A stretch of 62,968 bases of DNA, filler included, from Chiloscyllium plagiosum (GCF_004010195.1; 4 parts of one record of this genome joined end to end with filler, not necessarily neighbours in it), one strand, 5' to 3'; counted from the whole stretch's first letter, positions 13,421 through 25,885 are shown. Numbers and translations are program-made. The notes: generated by a model from the letters alone, not told the origin.

Positions 13421-13565
13421 AGACAAAGAAACTGCAGATGCTGGAATCTGAGGGAGACAGACAAGAGGTAGAGGTACACAGCAAGCCAGGCAGCATCAGA
13501 AGGTGTAATATCTAGTCAAGAGGAAGAAGGAAGCATACTTTCGGGTGTAACTCTTCGTCGATCCT

Positions 13566-13905
13566 TGGCATGGCTCAGTGGTTAGCACTGCTGCCTCACA
13601 GCACCAGGGTCCCAGATTCAATTCCCGCCTCTGTGTGAAGTTTGCACATTCTCCCCGTGTCTGTGTGGGTTTCCTCTGGGTGCTCTGGTTTCCTCCCACA
13701 GTCCAAATTTGCAGGTCAGCGTGAATTGGCCATGCTAAATTGCCCATAATGTTCAGGGATGTGTAGGTTAGGTGCAGTAGTCAGGGGTAAATGTAGAGTA
13801 ATACGGTAGGGGAATGGGTATGGGTGGGTTACCTTTGGAGGGTCAGTGTGGTCTTGTTGGGCTGAAGGGCCTGTTACCAGACTGTAGGGAATCTATGATA
13901 TGATC
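13566..13905 (+). mobile_element. HE1-type V-SINE
   Basis: tggctcagtggttagcactgctgcctcacagc head, V-domain, tail. Confidence 0.85.
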
Positions 13906-14207
13906 AAGGGCCTGTGTTGTGCTGTGCTGCTCTATATTCTACCTTTCTCCAGTCCACAGCCACTTCTCCATAACATATCAGAGAAAAGCTCACTGGTACG
14001 ATCGTTGAGAAGTCTGTGGAAAGGCACCTCCTTTACCTGGGACAAACACAAGTGAGAAAAAGGCAAGAAAACAATATCTAGAGAAACACAGCCAATGTAT
14101 CAACTTTACAGTCAATTCCAGTGAGGAAGGTCCCAGGCTAAGGAATGTCATCAGTACCGCTTTCCTACCGCACTGTGATCCAGTAATGCTAACATTAGTC
14201 GAGCGAT

Positions 14208-14435
14208 TGTAACAAGGTTACCTAAGTGGACCTCATAGAATATGAATTCCCTGATTGAGGCTGTTATTTTGGTCCAATCAGGGAGCCCTGGCTGACAGAT
14301 TTATAAAGTGAGTGCCAGAGAAGTTGACACACTGAGAGCTGACTCTGAACGAGGCAGTATGGAAGCCAAGGACTGTTTACCTGTAAATAAAGGCTGATTT
14401 GATGATGCAATACCAGTCTCTGTGTAGTTACTACA
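14208..14435 (+). mobile_element. Solo LTR (Gypsy family of the 46.5-48.7 kb element)
   Basis: TGTAAC...GTTACTACA termini, core ccctgattg...ccaatcagggagccctggctgacaga shared with 46510-46596, TATA and AATAAA motifs. Confidence 0.7.
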
Positions 14436-15831
14436 GTGAGAATCTGCCACTATATCTGTAATATAGTCACTGATTGTACTATTAACACTGAAGTAAAGAT
14501 TTTATTATCATTGAGAAAAAAATACCAATACAGCCTATAAGCCAAACCCTTCTTAAACTATGTTCAAATGTGTGATGCATTCCTAACTCCACCAAGCTGT
14601 GTCCATGTCGAAGACCCTGGGGAGATAGGGCCAGGACAGAGTTGGGCCTCTATCCTCCATTACTATGGAGACAGATGGATGGTAAGGCAGCCTGAAAAAC
14701 CAAAAACAATTTACTGGGACATCAATCCAATTAATGAACTGCACCTGGAGACATTTGTGGGATTGGCAATGATTACATTTACCTCTTGTTTGTTGTCAAT
14801 CACAGTCTAGCCCTCACCTCCTTGCATCTCTCATGCTCTTCATACCTGCCATTCTGCCCTCATCTCTTATTCCCTTTCCATACTACCCCTATCTTCCTTG
14901 CCTCTTCCACATACCCCATTCTTTTCATGCCCCTTTCCCAAAGCTTCCAACTGCCTACCAAGCTCTCATCTCCCCATGGTCCCTCGCTTCTCCTGGTATC
15001 TCCATCACCCTCCTCATTCTCCCTTTTCATCCTCACCCCCCTTCCCTAACACCCATGCATATACCATACTTACTCTTCCAAATATCCACAATGTGCAGAA
15101 TCAATGAACCATTGTTAATTGTGGCAAGTTTTTGAAATTTAAAGAAACTGGCAATAAGTAAAGAAGCTTTGACCATCTGCATGAAAAAGCTGCTCAGTTA
15201 ATACCTTCAGAGAAGTGTCAATCAACCTTAACTATTTATAGTGTTAATGACAAAACGTTACCCACTTTGCATCTCTTAATCTTTGGTTGCAAAATCTAGA
15301 AGCTGAAGGATACTATTGAAAGGAACAATAACCTATTAAAAGGTAATAAAGATATCAATAAAATAAAGCTTGTGTTTTCCTGTATCAACATTGCCTAAGT
15401 ACTTAATCTATCTTTGGAGCTCAGGCAAGCATTCGTAATGAGGTTATCTGGTAACTGTACCAACAGCAGCTGTTAGAACAGATGCCAGACATTTCTGTTT
15501 CCATGGTACCTCAGCCTAAATCTGATATTCAAGTTCCTGTGCAGCCTGATTTCACAGTACGAATTCCACGTTGCCAAGACTCCCCGATAGGTTTTGAAGA
15601 AGCTGGCTGAATAATTTAACAGCACAATTACATATAATATCTTTCTATATTCCCATGCTGTTAAGTCCAAAACCTGGGGACATAGTCTCTCATAATAAAA
15701 AGGGTTAGCCATTTCAGACTGAGATGAGAAATTTCTTCATTCAGAGAGTGATGAACCATTGGGAGTCTCTAACCCAGGGGGTTGCAGAAGATCAGTTATT
15801 GAGCATTCAAAACAGAAATTGTTCGATGTGG

Positions 15832-16050
15832 GTAGGTCTTCTATAACGTGACGGTTGCATTCTTGTGCAACCCCACATTTTGGAAAAATTGTACTTTAGA
15901 AACAGCATTTAAAATGTTAGTGATGTAATCACGTTACAGCCAACACACTTTTTAAAAGTTTGCTCTTTAGAATCATTGTCCCTAATTTGTCAATCACATT
16001 ACAGGGAATTTGCGTTGACGAAACGTGGGTTATAGCAGAACAACCTGTAC
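15832..16050. mobile_element. Tigger-like MITE (decayed) inserted in a CR1 3' end
   Basis: taggtcttctataac ... gttatagcagaacaacctg|ta imperfect TIRs; CR1 sequence on both sides. Confidence 0.5.
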
Positions 16051-16780
16051 CTGGGACCATCACATCAAAGGATATGCAGAAAGATGGCAGCGATATAAAT
16101 GATCAGCCATGGTCGAACTGAATGAGAGAGCAGGCTCAGTGGGCTGAATGAACTCCTCTTGTTCTTATGTTCCTCGAACACTTCCTTACGGAGTGTCAAT
16201 TTGACCTCTAAGGTTTCCACAGTACAATCCAGTGTAAAAAGCTATTTTTTTCATTTTACAAAACTTGGGTATCCTGTCTACAACTTGAGGAAAGTGTTTT
16301 ATCAGATAGCAGAATCCCATGAAAATATTATGTGCATTTCCAATGTTATTCCATTAAAAGTAGTAATTCCACCAGAGATACCCCTAGTGATGAACACCAT
16401 GAGTGAGCTGACTAGGTAACTTAAAAAAAAATCATTTTTGACATCTTGTATGCAGTGATCAATAGGCTGAAAGATATAGAGTACAATGGTGAAAAATGAT
16501 CATTTAAAGAGTCTTTATCATCCAGTCACAAAATATGGACTAAATTGAGTATATTGATGTAATTGGTGATAGGAAAGTGAAATGGATCTACCTTACTGCA
16601 ATCATAAAGTCCAGTGCAGTGACACAGTGCATCACCACCCCACATGTTAGTTCATCACATTTCAGGCACACCCTAACCCTGTCAACATTTTCCAGGCTCA
16701 TTTTCTGATCTCAGTCAATAGAGTAGCAAGACTCCCAACAGAGGTAAGGAATTGTTCCACAAAAACAGAGAAGGTGGAAT

Positions 16781-16930
16781 CTGAATCGAAAGTGTCCATC
16801 AGCATTCCTGAAGAAGGGCTTATGCTTGAAACGTCGATTCTCCTGCTCCTGATGCTGCCTGACCTGCTGTGCTCTTCCAGCACCACACTCTCAATTCTCA
16901 TCTCCAGCATCTGCCGTCCTCACTTTCTCC
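16781..16930 (+). mobile_element. PLE pLTR solo insertion
   Basis: Hammerhead plus pLTR body, a short inverted piece at the left end, and ggtggaat repeated on both flanks. Confidence 0.7.
16804..16839 (+). ncRNA. Hammerhead ribozyme motif in PLE pLTR (stem II weakened)
   Basis: AUUC-CUGAAGA-A-GGGC(UUAU)GCUU-GAAAC-GUC|GAUU. Confidence 0.6.
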
Positions 16931-16984
16931 AGGGTGGAATTGGACTTAGTGTGACAGTGAAGTCTAAATTTCTCCCTGAGAGTT

Positions 16985-17258
16985 TAGATTAGATTTCCTA
17001 CAGTATGGAAAAAGGCCCTTCGGCCCAACAAGTGCACACCAGCCCTCCAAAGAGTAACCCACCCAGACCCATTCCCCTACCCAAAATTTACCCCTGACTA
17101 ACACACCTTACACTACAGGCAATTTAGCATGGCCAATTCACTTAGCCTGCATATCTTTGGATTGTGGGAGAAAACCCACACAGACACTGGGAGAATGTGC
17201 AAACTCCGCACAGTCACCTGAGGTGGGAATCAAACCTAGGTCCCCACTGAGCGCCGTA
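16985..17258 (-). mobile_element. HE1-type V-SINE (5'-truncated)
   Basis: Reverse complement of HE1 body and tail. Confidence 0.8.
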
Positions 17259-17698
17259 TAGTTACAGGTGAGGTTCCATTGTACATTATACAGAACTGAT
17301 TCAGGATCTAAGACTGCATGAAACACCCAGCCTCTCAAATTAATTTCAGCTCATATTCCTAACACAGATTCAGATCATGATTTCACAGTCACTTTGGAAA
17401 TGTGTCCTGTTGAATACAATAAAATTGATTTATTTTAATAAATCCTGAATTCCAGGGCTCACTATAAGATCCTTATTCATTGATTGCAGTCTCATGCTTT
17501 CTCTTGTCAGTAGTGAGACAACACTGGCACAGAGGTCAGAGAAGCTGACTAACCTCTGGTACATTTCCAAGTGACCACATTTCATGTTTTAGCCTATGGC
17601 AAATGTTGAGTGGTTATTTAACTCCAGGGTTTCAGGCACATCCCACCCTCACTTACTGTCATGAACCCTCCAGCAGGAAAACGCTCAGCTGATCTTTC

Positions 17699-17992
17699 TG
17701 GTCAGTAGATCCTCAGGCCTAGTCAGTGGATCCTCAGGCCTGGTCAGTAGATCCTCAGGCCTGGTCAGTAGATGAGCCGAGCTCAGGTCAGGCTGCTCCT
17801 TGGATGCTGCCTGAACTGTTGAGCTTTTTCAGGACCACTAATCCAGAATCTGGTTTCCAGCATCTGCAATTGTTGTTTTTACCTAGATCCTCAGGCCTGG
17901 TCAGTGGATGCTCAGGTCTGGTCGGTAGATCCTCAGGCCTGGTCAGTGGATGCTCAGGCCTGGTCAGTAGATGAGCCAAGTTCAGGTCAGGC
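17699..17992. repeat. 21-bp minisatellite (TGGTCAGTAGATCCTCAGGCC)n interrupted by a PLE pLTR fragment
   Basis: Units on both sides of the pLTR piece at about 17794-17885. Confidence 0.85.
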
Positions 17993-18185
17993 CTGTGACT
18001 GTACACTGGCCCTGTCTGCTTTCAATGCCACAAGGCATGGTTCATCTGCCCACTAACCTAATGGGTGATTTTAATTTGACATTATTATAAAATACAGTAC
18101 AAGACAACAGGTACAGAAGGGCAGATTGTGAAAGCTGCAATGGAAATTTATTTATGCAATGGTAAAATAATTAGACTGCACAAAC

Positions 18186-18406
18186 CTCTTCATCTGCTTG
18201 GGAGAACAATCCCCGTCATGGTGATCCAGCATTGAACTGTAATAGCTGTAGGGATATTCCGTGTCATCATTATACTCTGGACCAAGCAATATTCGTGCCC
18301 AGGTTCCCATGTCATAGGGAGGCAGAGTGCCCCCAAACTCAGATGGAAGGTATTCTGGGTGGATCAGCTGATGCAGATTGTTCAAATTGTTCCCATGAAG
18401 AAAGAT
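18186..18406 (-). CDS. CLVS1: Internal coding exon of a clavesin (CRAL-TRIO/Sec14 family; CLVS1-like), penultimate coding exon
   Basis: Translates to [73 protein letters not shown](R), matching the clavesin C-terminal CRAL-TRIO segment ([38 protein letters not shown]). The acceptor is ctttttgtttctag|ATC (phase 0) and the donor is AAG AG|gtttgt (phase 2); length 221 nt. Family assignment is secure. GGTLPP, LGP and CSPK favour CLVS1 over CLVS2, but the paralogue call is less certain. Confidence 0.85.
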
Positions 18407-18546
18407 CTAGAAACAAAAAGAATGATTATGTAAAACACAATCATATAGACAATAAATTCGAATCAATAGTGTTCGATGTTAGAAAGCCTAACGTGTCCAT
18501 TCAATTACTATTTACTTCAATTAAGATCACATATTCAACCTGCATA

Positions 18547-19543
18547 CAGAACAACCTTGGTTATCTGAACCTCAACTATCCAAATTTCGGATTATCCGAA
18601 GAAGATCTCAAGATCCCGCAAAAACGTTACATCAAAGAGGGTCAGTGTATTCGGGTTACCGGTACTGAAATAAATGTGAAAGCGCTGGCATAAACGAAGA
18701 AACACAAGCAGCTCAAGCATCAGCAGCTGGAGATTTTTTAGGGAAGGCTTAGTTACACAGCCCTCTGCAAAAGTAAGGGTTTTATTCCCGTCACTTCACT
18801 GGGCCGTTCATGAACAAAATGGCAGAGAAAGTAAATACATGTGCAGGGTGGTGTTTCTGTTTTTCTATCATGACACTGAGTTCCTAGAAACTGACAAATG
18901 CTCTTGTGATCATAGAAGCTGTTCAGGACCTTGTTTAATGCTGGAATTTCATATTCTTTTTAATATAATTGTTGATTAGATTACTTACAGTGTGGAAACA
19001 GGCCTTTTGACCCTAACAAGTCCACACTGACCAATCAAAGAGCAACCACTCAAACGCATTCCCCTACATTTACCCCTTTACCTAACACTACGGGCAATTT
19101 AGCATGGCCAATTCACCTGACCTGCACATCTTTGGACTGTGGGAGGAAACCAGAGCACCCGGAGGAAACCCACACAGACACGGGGAGAACGTGCAAACTC
19201 CACACAGTCAGTCGCCTGAGGCGGGAATTGAACCCAGGTCCCTGGTGCTGTGAGGCAGCAGTGCTTGCCACTGTGCCCCCGTGCCGCCCTGATATATTTA
19301 TGCAACGATAAGGGTTTAGTCATTCTCAGTTTAACCTGTAATTTGTAAAATGCAAAGATTAGCTCGTTTAAATAGCAGACTCATCAAAATTGTAGATTTA
19401 AACAAACACTCTGGTTGAGCACAGCATTAGATCAGTATGGCTTCCTTTGTTTACGATCAGATCAGTTATCCAAACAATTACTTATTCGAACAATCACTTA
19501 TCCGAACAAAATACTCTCCACCTGTCTTGTTTAGGTTGTTCTA
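18547..19543. mobile_element. Related Tigger-like non-autonomous DNA transposon containing an HE1 SINE
   Basis: TA|CAGAACAACCT ... AGGTTGTTCTA|TA termini; subterminal TTATCCGAA repeats shared with the 36241 MITE. Confidence 0.7.
18974..19289 (-). mobile_element. HE1-type V-SINE nested in a MITE
   Basis: Full-length reverse-complement copy starting GGGCGGCACGG. Confidence 0.85.
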
Positions 19544-19855
19544 TAAATTGTTTTATTTGCAAACATTTATAAATATGTTGGGTGAAATAATACAATAGTG
19601 GTTTAGCAATGTAATCCACCATGCGCTGTTATATACGTTTCCACTTCGGGATAATTCTGTGAAGTCCTTCCCAAGAGGAATTCACCTCCTCAGTGTCTTT
19701 TCAGCCACTCAGTCAAAATTGATGTTCAGAATGGGAATGCTCAAAGCAGTATGGCTCAATGGCAGTAAAATGTTCAATTTAAGATACAGCAATTCTTAAG
19801 TGCACAATGTTTATCACAAAACTGAAAAATGATTATAAATCCAATTAACCCATCA

Positions 19856-20080
19856 GAAGTAACTGTACAGAGGCTGGTATCCCGTCGCCAAGTCACCCTT
19901 TATCTAATATACACAGTACATTGGCTGTGACCAGCCAGCTCCGAGTCAGTCCCAGAAGTCAGGCAACTTCCTGAATCCTTAGTTTATACCTGTCAGCCAG
20001 GGCTCCCTCATTGGCCCAGGTTAACAACCCCAATTAGGGATCTCATAGTCAATGAGATTCACCTGGTTCTAATCACTACA
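19856..20080 (-). mobile_element. Solo LTR, same family
   Basis: Plus strand ctgtcagccagggctccctcattgg...ccaattaggga...cactaca. Confidence 0.65.
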
Positions 20081-20675
20081 CCATCCTTGTTCATTTCTCC
20101 AGGGAAACTCTCCAGTCTCTTCCTCCGTTCCGCTTGACAACATCTCCTTCAATTCTTGTATTTATCTACCTATCAATGAAATGTTTTACCCAAATGATCG
20201 ATGCTTAGTCAGCTGAGAAGCATTTTACAGTTTTAAGCAGTGATTTAATTGGTTAAGGAAGTCGGGGCACTGTAAACTGGGTCACTGATTTACTATGAAC
20301 CTATTTATAGCACGGGCAATGGCCAATTTCACTTCTACTGCAAAAAGAGTTGCAATGAACTTTCAGAAAGAACTAACAAAAAGTGGATTGCAATCGAAGT
20401 TTGATTCACAGATGTAGTTTACAAGCAACAATAAATGGATGCCATCTTTCTGAAAACTGCAATATGTTTCAGAATAAAAATAATAATCCGTCAGACTGTG
20501 GTTACTTTCCTTAATCATTTCGGAAAGGCTGAGGAGTTATTTCAATTATGATCATTTTCCTTTTAATTAGCACTGCTCGGTTTGTAAACAGGATGTTAGT
20601 TTGAATTTAAATAAGAGAGTAGCTCAGCCTGAACTAGAGCCCTGAGCCGAGGACTGGGCACCACATGTCAAGGAG

Positions 20676-21380
20676 GTCATAGAGATGTACAGCATGGAAA
20701 CAGACCCTTCGGTCCAACCCGTCCATGCCGACCAGATATCCCAACACAATCTAGTCCCACCTGCCAGCACACAGCCCATATCCCTCCAAACCCTTCCTAT
20801 TCATATACCCATCCAAATGCCTCTTAAATGTTGTAATTGTACCAGCCTCCACCACTTCCTCTGGCAGCTCATTCCATACACGTACCACCCTCCGCGTGAA
20901 AAAGTTGCCACTTAGGCCTCTTTTATATCTTTCCCCTCTCACCCTAAACCTATGCCCCCTAGTTCTGGACTTCCCCACGCCAGGAAAAAGACTTAGTCTA
21001 TTTATCCTATCCATGCCCCTCATAATTTTGTAAACCTCTANNNNNNNNNNNNNNNNNNNNNNNNNNNNNNNNNNNNNNNNNNNNNNNNNNNNNNNNNNNN
21101 NNNNNNNNNNNNNNNNNNNNNNNNNNNNNNNNNNNNNNNNNNNNNNNNNNNNNNNNNNNNNNNNNNNNNNNNNNNNNNNNNNNNNNNNNNNNNNNNNNNN
21201 NNNNNNNNNNNNNNNNNNNNNNNNNNNNNNNNNNNNNNNNNNNNNNNNNNNNNNNNNNNNNNNNNNNNNNNNNNAGATCCTGTTGTAATCTGAGGTAACC
21301 CTCTTCGCTGTCCACTACACCTCCAATTTTGGTGTCATCTGCAAACTTACTAACTGTACCTCTTATGCTCACATCCAAAT
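20676..21380 (-). mobile_element. CR1/HER1 LINE 3' end spanning an N gap
   Basis: SKFADDTKIGGVVDSEEG; RTRGHRFRVRGERY...FFTRRVVRVWNELPEEVVEAGT; CR1 3' tail. Confidence 0.9.
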
Positions 21381-22094
21381 CATTGTGAAGACATTGGAAA
21401 GAATGCAGAAGAGAATGGTTCCAGGGATGAGGAGTTTCTGCTCTGAAGACAGATTGGAGAAACTAAGAGGAGGTCTTACTGAAGTATTCAAAGTCATGAG
21501 AGGTGCGGACAGAGAAAACAATGAGAAAGTCTTCCCACTCATGAAAGGATTGAGAACAAAAAGGCACATCTTTAAAGCAATTAGGAAAAGAAGTGGGAGT
21601 GAGAAAAGGAATAAATGTTTCATGCAGTGAGTGACTTGGGTCTGGAGTACTTGCCACAAGGTGTGATGGAGACATTGAAAACGGAATGAGGTGATTGTGA
21701 GGGAACAATGTGCAGGGCTCTGGGAAGAAGGCAGCAGAATGGCAATGGGTGAACTGTCACAGACACTGTGTGCCAAATACTTTGTGTGCCAGCACAAAGA
21801 GTAACATTACAAAGAGCTGCACCACCTTGCTAGAGACAAAACCATTAAGTAGTTCCCAGTCAGAGCTGGTGAAGACACACTGTTCACATTCAACCTGTAT
21901 CCAATCAATTATTCAGTTCATGTCTCTGGGAAATGACATGTATTGTTGATGGTTAGTTAGCGATGGTTTCAACTTTTCCACTCACCTGCACATTACATCT
22001 AGGGATTAAGAGCTAACACAAATTCATCAAAATCCTAATTCATACAACGTAAGACAGTACTATTTTCTGGGTCTGTAGATAGTGAAGGAGCTAA

Positions 22095-22340
22095 GATGGC
22101 CTTTAGTAGAGTGATGTGCTCTCCCTATTGGATATGGGAGATTAGGGAGAGTTTCCATGTTACTGAGGATCAGGAAGTCTGCAGGAAGTGTCTTTGGTTG
22201 CGAATTCTATTGGATCACATGGATTGGTTACAGCGGCAGTTAGAAGCAATGAGTAATTTACAAAAGCTAGGGGGTGTGATGCATAGCAGTTGCAGGGAGG
22301 GAGACAAACTGAAGGTACAGTCAGGCAGAATGGGTTAACG
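22095..22340 (+). mobile_element. CR1 ORF1 fragment
   Basis: MAFSRVMCSPYWIWEIRE...VCRKCLWLRILLDHMDWLQRQLEAM. Confidence 0.7.
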
Positions 22341-22810
22341 CTGAAAATGTGTTGCTGGAAAAGCGTAGCAGGTCAGGCAGCATCCAAGGAACAGGAGAAT
22401 CGATGTTTCGGGCATAAGCCCTTCTTCAGGAATGAGGAAAGTGTGTCCAGCAGGCTAAGATAAAAGGTAGGGAGGAGGGACTTGGGGGAGGGCGTTGGAA
22501 TTGTGATAGGTGGAGGGAGGTCAAGGTGAGGGTGATAGGCCGGAGTGGGGTGGAGGCGGAGAGGTCAGGAAGAAAATTACAGGTTAAGAAGGTGGTGCTG
22601 AGTTCAAGGGATTTGACTGAGACAAGGTGGGGGGAGGGGAAATGAGGAAACTGGAGAAATCTGAGTTCATCCAGTTCAGTTTCTAGTCAATCAGCAGAAG
22701 ATGAGGCGCTCTTCCTCCAACCGTCGTGTTGCCATGGTCTGGCGATGGAGGAGTCCAAGGACCTGCATGTCCTTGGTGGAGTGGGAGGGGGAGTTAAAGT
22801 GTTGGGCTAC
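22341..22810 (-). mobile_element. PLE 3' fragment (GIY-YIG C-terminus plus pLTR with decayed hammerhead), cut by the gap
   Basis: Minus strand encodes DMQVLGLLHRQTMATRRLEEERLIF; pLTR carries CTGAAGAAGGGCTTATGCCCGAAACATC. Inserted in a CR1 ORF1. Confidence 0.8.
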
Positions 22811-22910
22811 NNNNNNNNNNNNNNNNNNNNNNNNNNNNNNNNNNNNNNNNNNNNTTAATTAATTAANNNNNNNNNNNNNNNNNNNNNNNNNNNNNNNNNN
22901 NNNNNNNNNN
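22811..22910. other. Artificial contig-join spacer N44-TTAATTAATTAA-N44
   Basis: Identical 100-nt construct occurs three times; the 12-mer gives stops in all six frames. Confidence 0.95.
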
Positions 22911-23117
22911 TGTGAGAGGAGTGTTTGTATGTGTGCGTGTGTGTGTGTGAGAGGAATGTTTGTATGCATGCGTGTGTGTGTGTGAGAGGAGTGTTTGTAT
23001 GCGTGGGTGCATGTGTGAGAAGAGTGTGTGTATGTGTGTGTGTGTGTGTGAGAGGAGTGTTTGTATGCATGTGTGAGTGTTTGTGAGAGGAGTGTTTGTA
23101 TGTGTGCGTGTGTGTGT
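22911..23117. repeat. (TG)n-derived higher-order repeat with GAGAGGAGTGTTTGTATG units
   Basis: Direct reading. Confidence 0.85.
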
Positions 23118-23214
23118 AGTGCAGTGGGGTCACCTATAATGTGACATGAACCCAAGGTCCCGGTTGAGGCCCTCCTCTTGGGTTCCTGTTAATATCTTGG
23201 GCACTTTGATCAGA

Positions 23215-23312
23215 TCATTCCTGATGAAGGCCTTATGCCCAAAACGTCGATTTTCCCGCTCCTGGATGCTGCCTGCCCTGCTGTACTTTTCCAGTGCCAC
23301 ACTTTTCGACTG
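23215..23312 (+). mobile_element. PLE pLTR fragment (decayed hammerhead)
   Basis: cattcctgatgaaggccttatgcccaaaacgtcgatt...gatgctgcctgccctgctgt. Confidence 0.65.
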
Positions 23313-25675
23313 TGATCACCCCTTAACCTCCTACATTCTACAGAAAACAGGCCTAATTTGCATAATCTCTCCATAACCTAACCCCTGAAGTTCAGGTACT
23401 ATTCTTATAAACCTACATTGTACTCCCTCCAAGGCCACTCTGTCCTTCTTAAGGTGTGGTCCCCAAATCTGCTAATCGTACTCTGGGTTCTAACTAGGGT
23501 TAACTTAAACAAGGTCATCCATATTTTTAAAAAACCCATCAAATACATAAAAGAGACAACTTGTAACAGTCGCAATATTGAATTGAAATAATAATGAGAA
23601 ACAGGGAAAACAGGAGCAAGAGGAGGCCATTCGGCCCTTCGAGCCTGTTCTGCCATTCAATATGATCATCGAATCCAGTCCCATGTTCCTGCATTCTCCC
23701 CCTTACCCTTTAATCCCTTTAACCCTAAAAGCTATGAAAACATTTAATATTTTGGCCCCATCCACTTTCTGTGACAGAGAATTCCATGGAGTCTCCACCC
23801 TCTGGGTGAGGACATTTCTCCTCATCTCAACCCCAACATTTCAACGTTTTAATGTTTTTTGCAAAACTGTTGTTAATTACATGATCATTCTCACAGGAAG
23901 CAAGCTATTTAATTCCCACCCAAATAGGTTTGATCAATTAAGGTCCTGAGCTGCACATAAACCAGATGTGGTTCCAGGTCAGCAGGTCACCTATCCCTGC
24001 CGCAGACCCCTCCTGCTGGCCGAATCCCAGTTGCTAGATTAATGGAATACTATCCATTCCCTAACTATAAACCTGGTCTCCCACTGCATTATTCAGAGAT
24101 GGAATACATTCTTTGCCATGATTCTGATATTTAATTATTAACCAGTTTATATCCTAAGGCTATTGCTCTGATACTCCATGTAGATAGTGATATGTAGAAA
24201 ATTAGCTTGATTCAATTAGAGAGAAATTAATGTTAATTTGTCAATATCATTCATTATGTATGAATGAAACGCACAAGGGTGAGAGATCAAGAGGCAGTAT
24301 GGTGCTTTACCAACTAGTTAATAATTGGCTTTAATTAGCTACTTCAAATTTAATATGGATATTTAATAGTTGATAGATGTGCTCTGATATGCACACAGAA
24401 TTCAGAACCATCTCAAAGTGAAGTGAGGATACTGCCAACTTTGTTACCAAAGCTTGATCATGAATTCTTAAAAAGTGATAGTTCTCAGCAATATTTGTTT
24501 TGATTCCTTTATTCCGACTCCAGCGTTTTGCTATCAAAGTAATTTCAATTTAACTTTAGTGCTGTGTATTTCTAGTCAGTCCATTTACAATAAGAATCTG
24601 AACTTACTATATTGACCTGAAGAACCCATTGGGTTTCTTCAGAAAGAGAAACCAGATTAAATAGACTGAAGGTCATATTACTTAATATTAAAATTACAGC
24701 AAAGTTTGTTTGGCCATTTTACTGTAAGAGGAGGAAGAATATTTACAAAGCAATGTCATAAAAATGTTTAACCTTGTAACACAAAATGAACATGCGCGGT
24801 AAAAGCTACCAAAGCAGTAATTTCTACCAGACATTATGCAACTGCAAGGATAAGATATGCCAGAAACAGAAATATTATCCCTCTTTATCCTGTTCCCACT
24901 GTAAGGTAAGCTGCAGTAGAACAATGTCAGGGTGTGTATGCCATCAATGATTCCCAGGTCCTGTACTCTTTGCTGAAGAAACCTACACATGGATCATAGA
25001 AATAGCATGAATTTAGAATAATCACACATTAACCTTCCTCTAAAGATGAAGGAACATTAGAACTTTCAAAATTAGGTGAGCTTTAGTAGTGTAACAGGTG
25101 ATCATTTGTATTAAAACAACTCCAAAAAATCCAGAATTTTACAAAATGAATGTTGTCAGACATCATCTGACACTGGATGGTGCAGACTCACTCCTATACA
25201 TTTCAGTGTCATTTGTGTCTTAACATTCAGCTCATACTCACTGGTTAATGTTGATGAGAGAAATTTTGGTTTTGCATTTTTACTAAATGCATGTAGTGTG
25301 AATGACCAAGGGCAATGCTATAAGGTTAAAGTTCTTAAATCATTTTAGTACAACAATTTCAAGAAATCTTAATTTGGACATTCATTCCCATAATCCCAAG
25401 GCCAGAATTGCACCGTTATTCTTAAAAGCTTCCACAATGCTAATTTATAACAACTCTCTATGATATGGCCCAAGAATTACTTCTAGTAATATTAGTAGTG
25501 AACATTTTAAATGTGAATATAGCCTCCATTCTGTTATTTTGACAAAGGGGTAATCTTTTTTAAGATGAGCAAATCAATGTCTTGTCAAAATAAGATATAT
25601 AAAAAATAACACTGAAGAATATTTCAATGATCATATTCCATGTTCATTAACCAATACTGTCAACAGTTATTCCTA

Positions 25676-25885
25676 AGCTTGATGTGGAGGTGCTGGTGTT
25701 GGACTGAGGTAGACAAAGTTGATTATAATCCAACGGGTGTATGTCAATATACAAGCTTTCAGAGAGCTGCTCCTTTGTCAGGTAAATAGCTCGTGGGACA
25801 GGATACAGAGGATCACTAGCTAGCAATCTGATGACGGAGCTGCTCACCAAATGTTTGTACATTCAAATAAACCTATTGGACTATT
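25676..25885. mobile_element. PLE-derived repeat (AGCU family), two inverted decayed copies
   Basis: Minus copy (acctgacaaaggagcagctctctgaaagcttgt) and plus copy (ctgatgacggagctgct...caaataaacctattggactat). Confidence 0.5.

Noticed and set aside
13943..14036. Possible minus-strand cassette exon (tgtttgtcccag|GTAAAGG...GAAAG|gtag)
   Set aside because: No similarity to clavesin, it would give an immediate stop after the phase-2 donor, and the donor is weak.
17310..17340. AAC ACC CAG CCT CTC (NTQPL), resembling the clavesin C-terminus
   Set aside because: Wrong strand relative to the exon, preceded by an in-frame stop and without the SQSVV context.
18232..18693. 153-aa plus-strand ORF
   Set aside because: Antisense shadow of the clavesin exon running into a MITE.
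21986..21998. Possible 13-nt microexon (ctag|ATGTAATGTGCAG|gtgagt, minus)
   Set aside because: Not a multiple of 3 and does not match the clavesin sequence; likely a chance splice-like motif.
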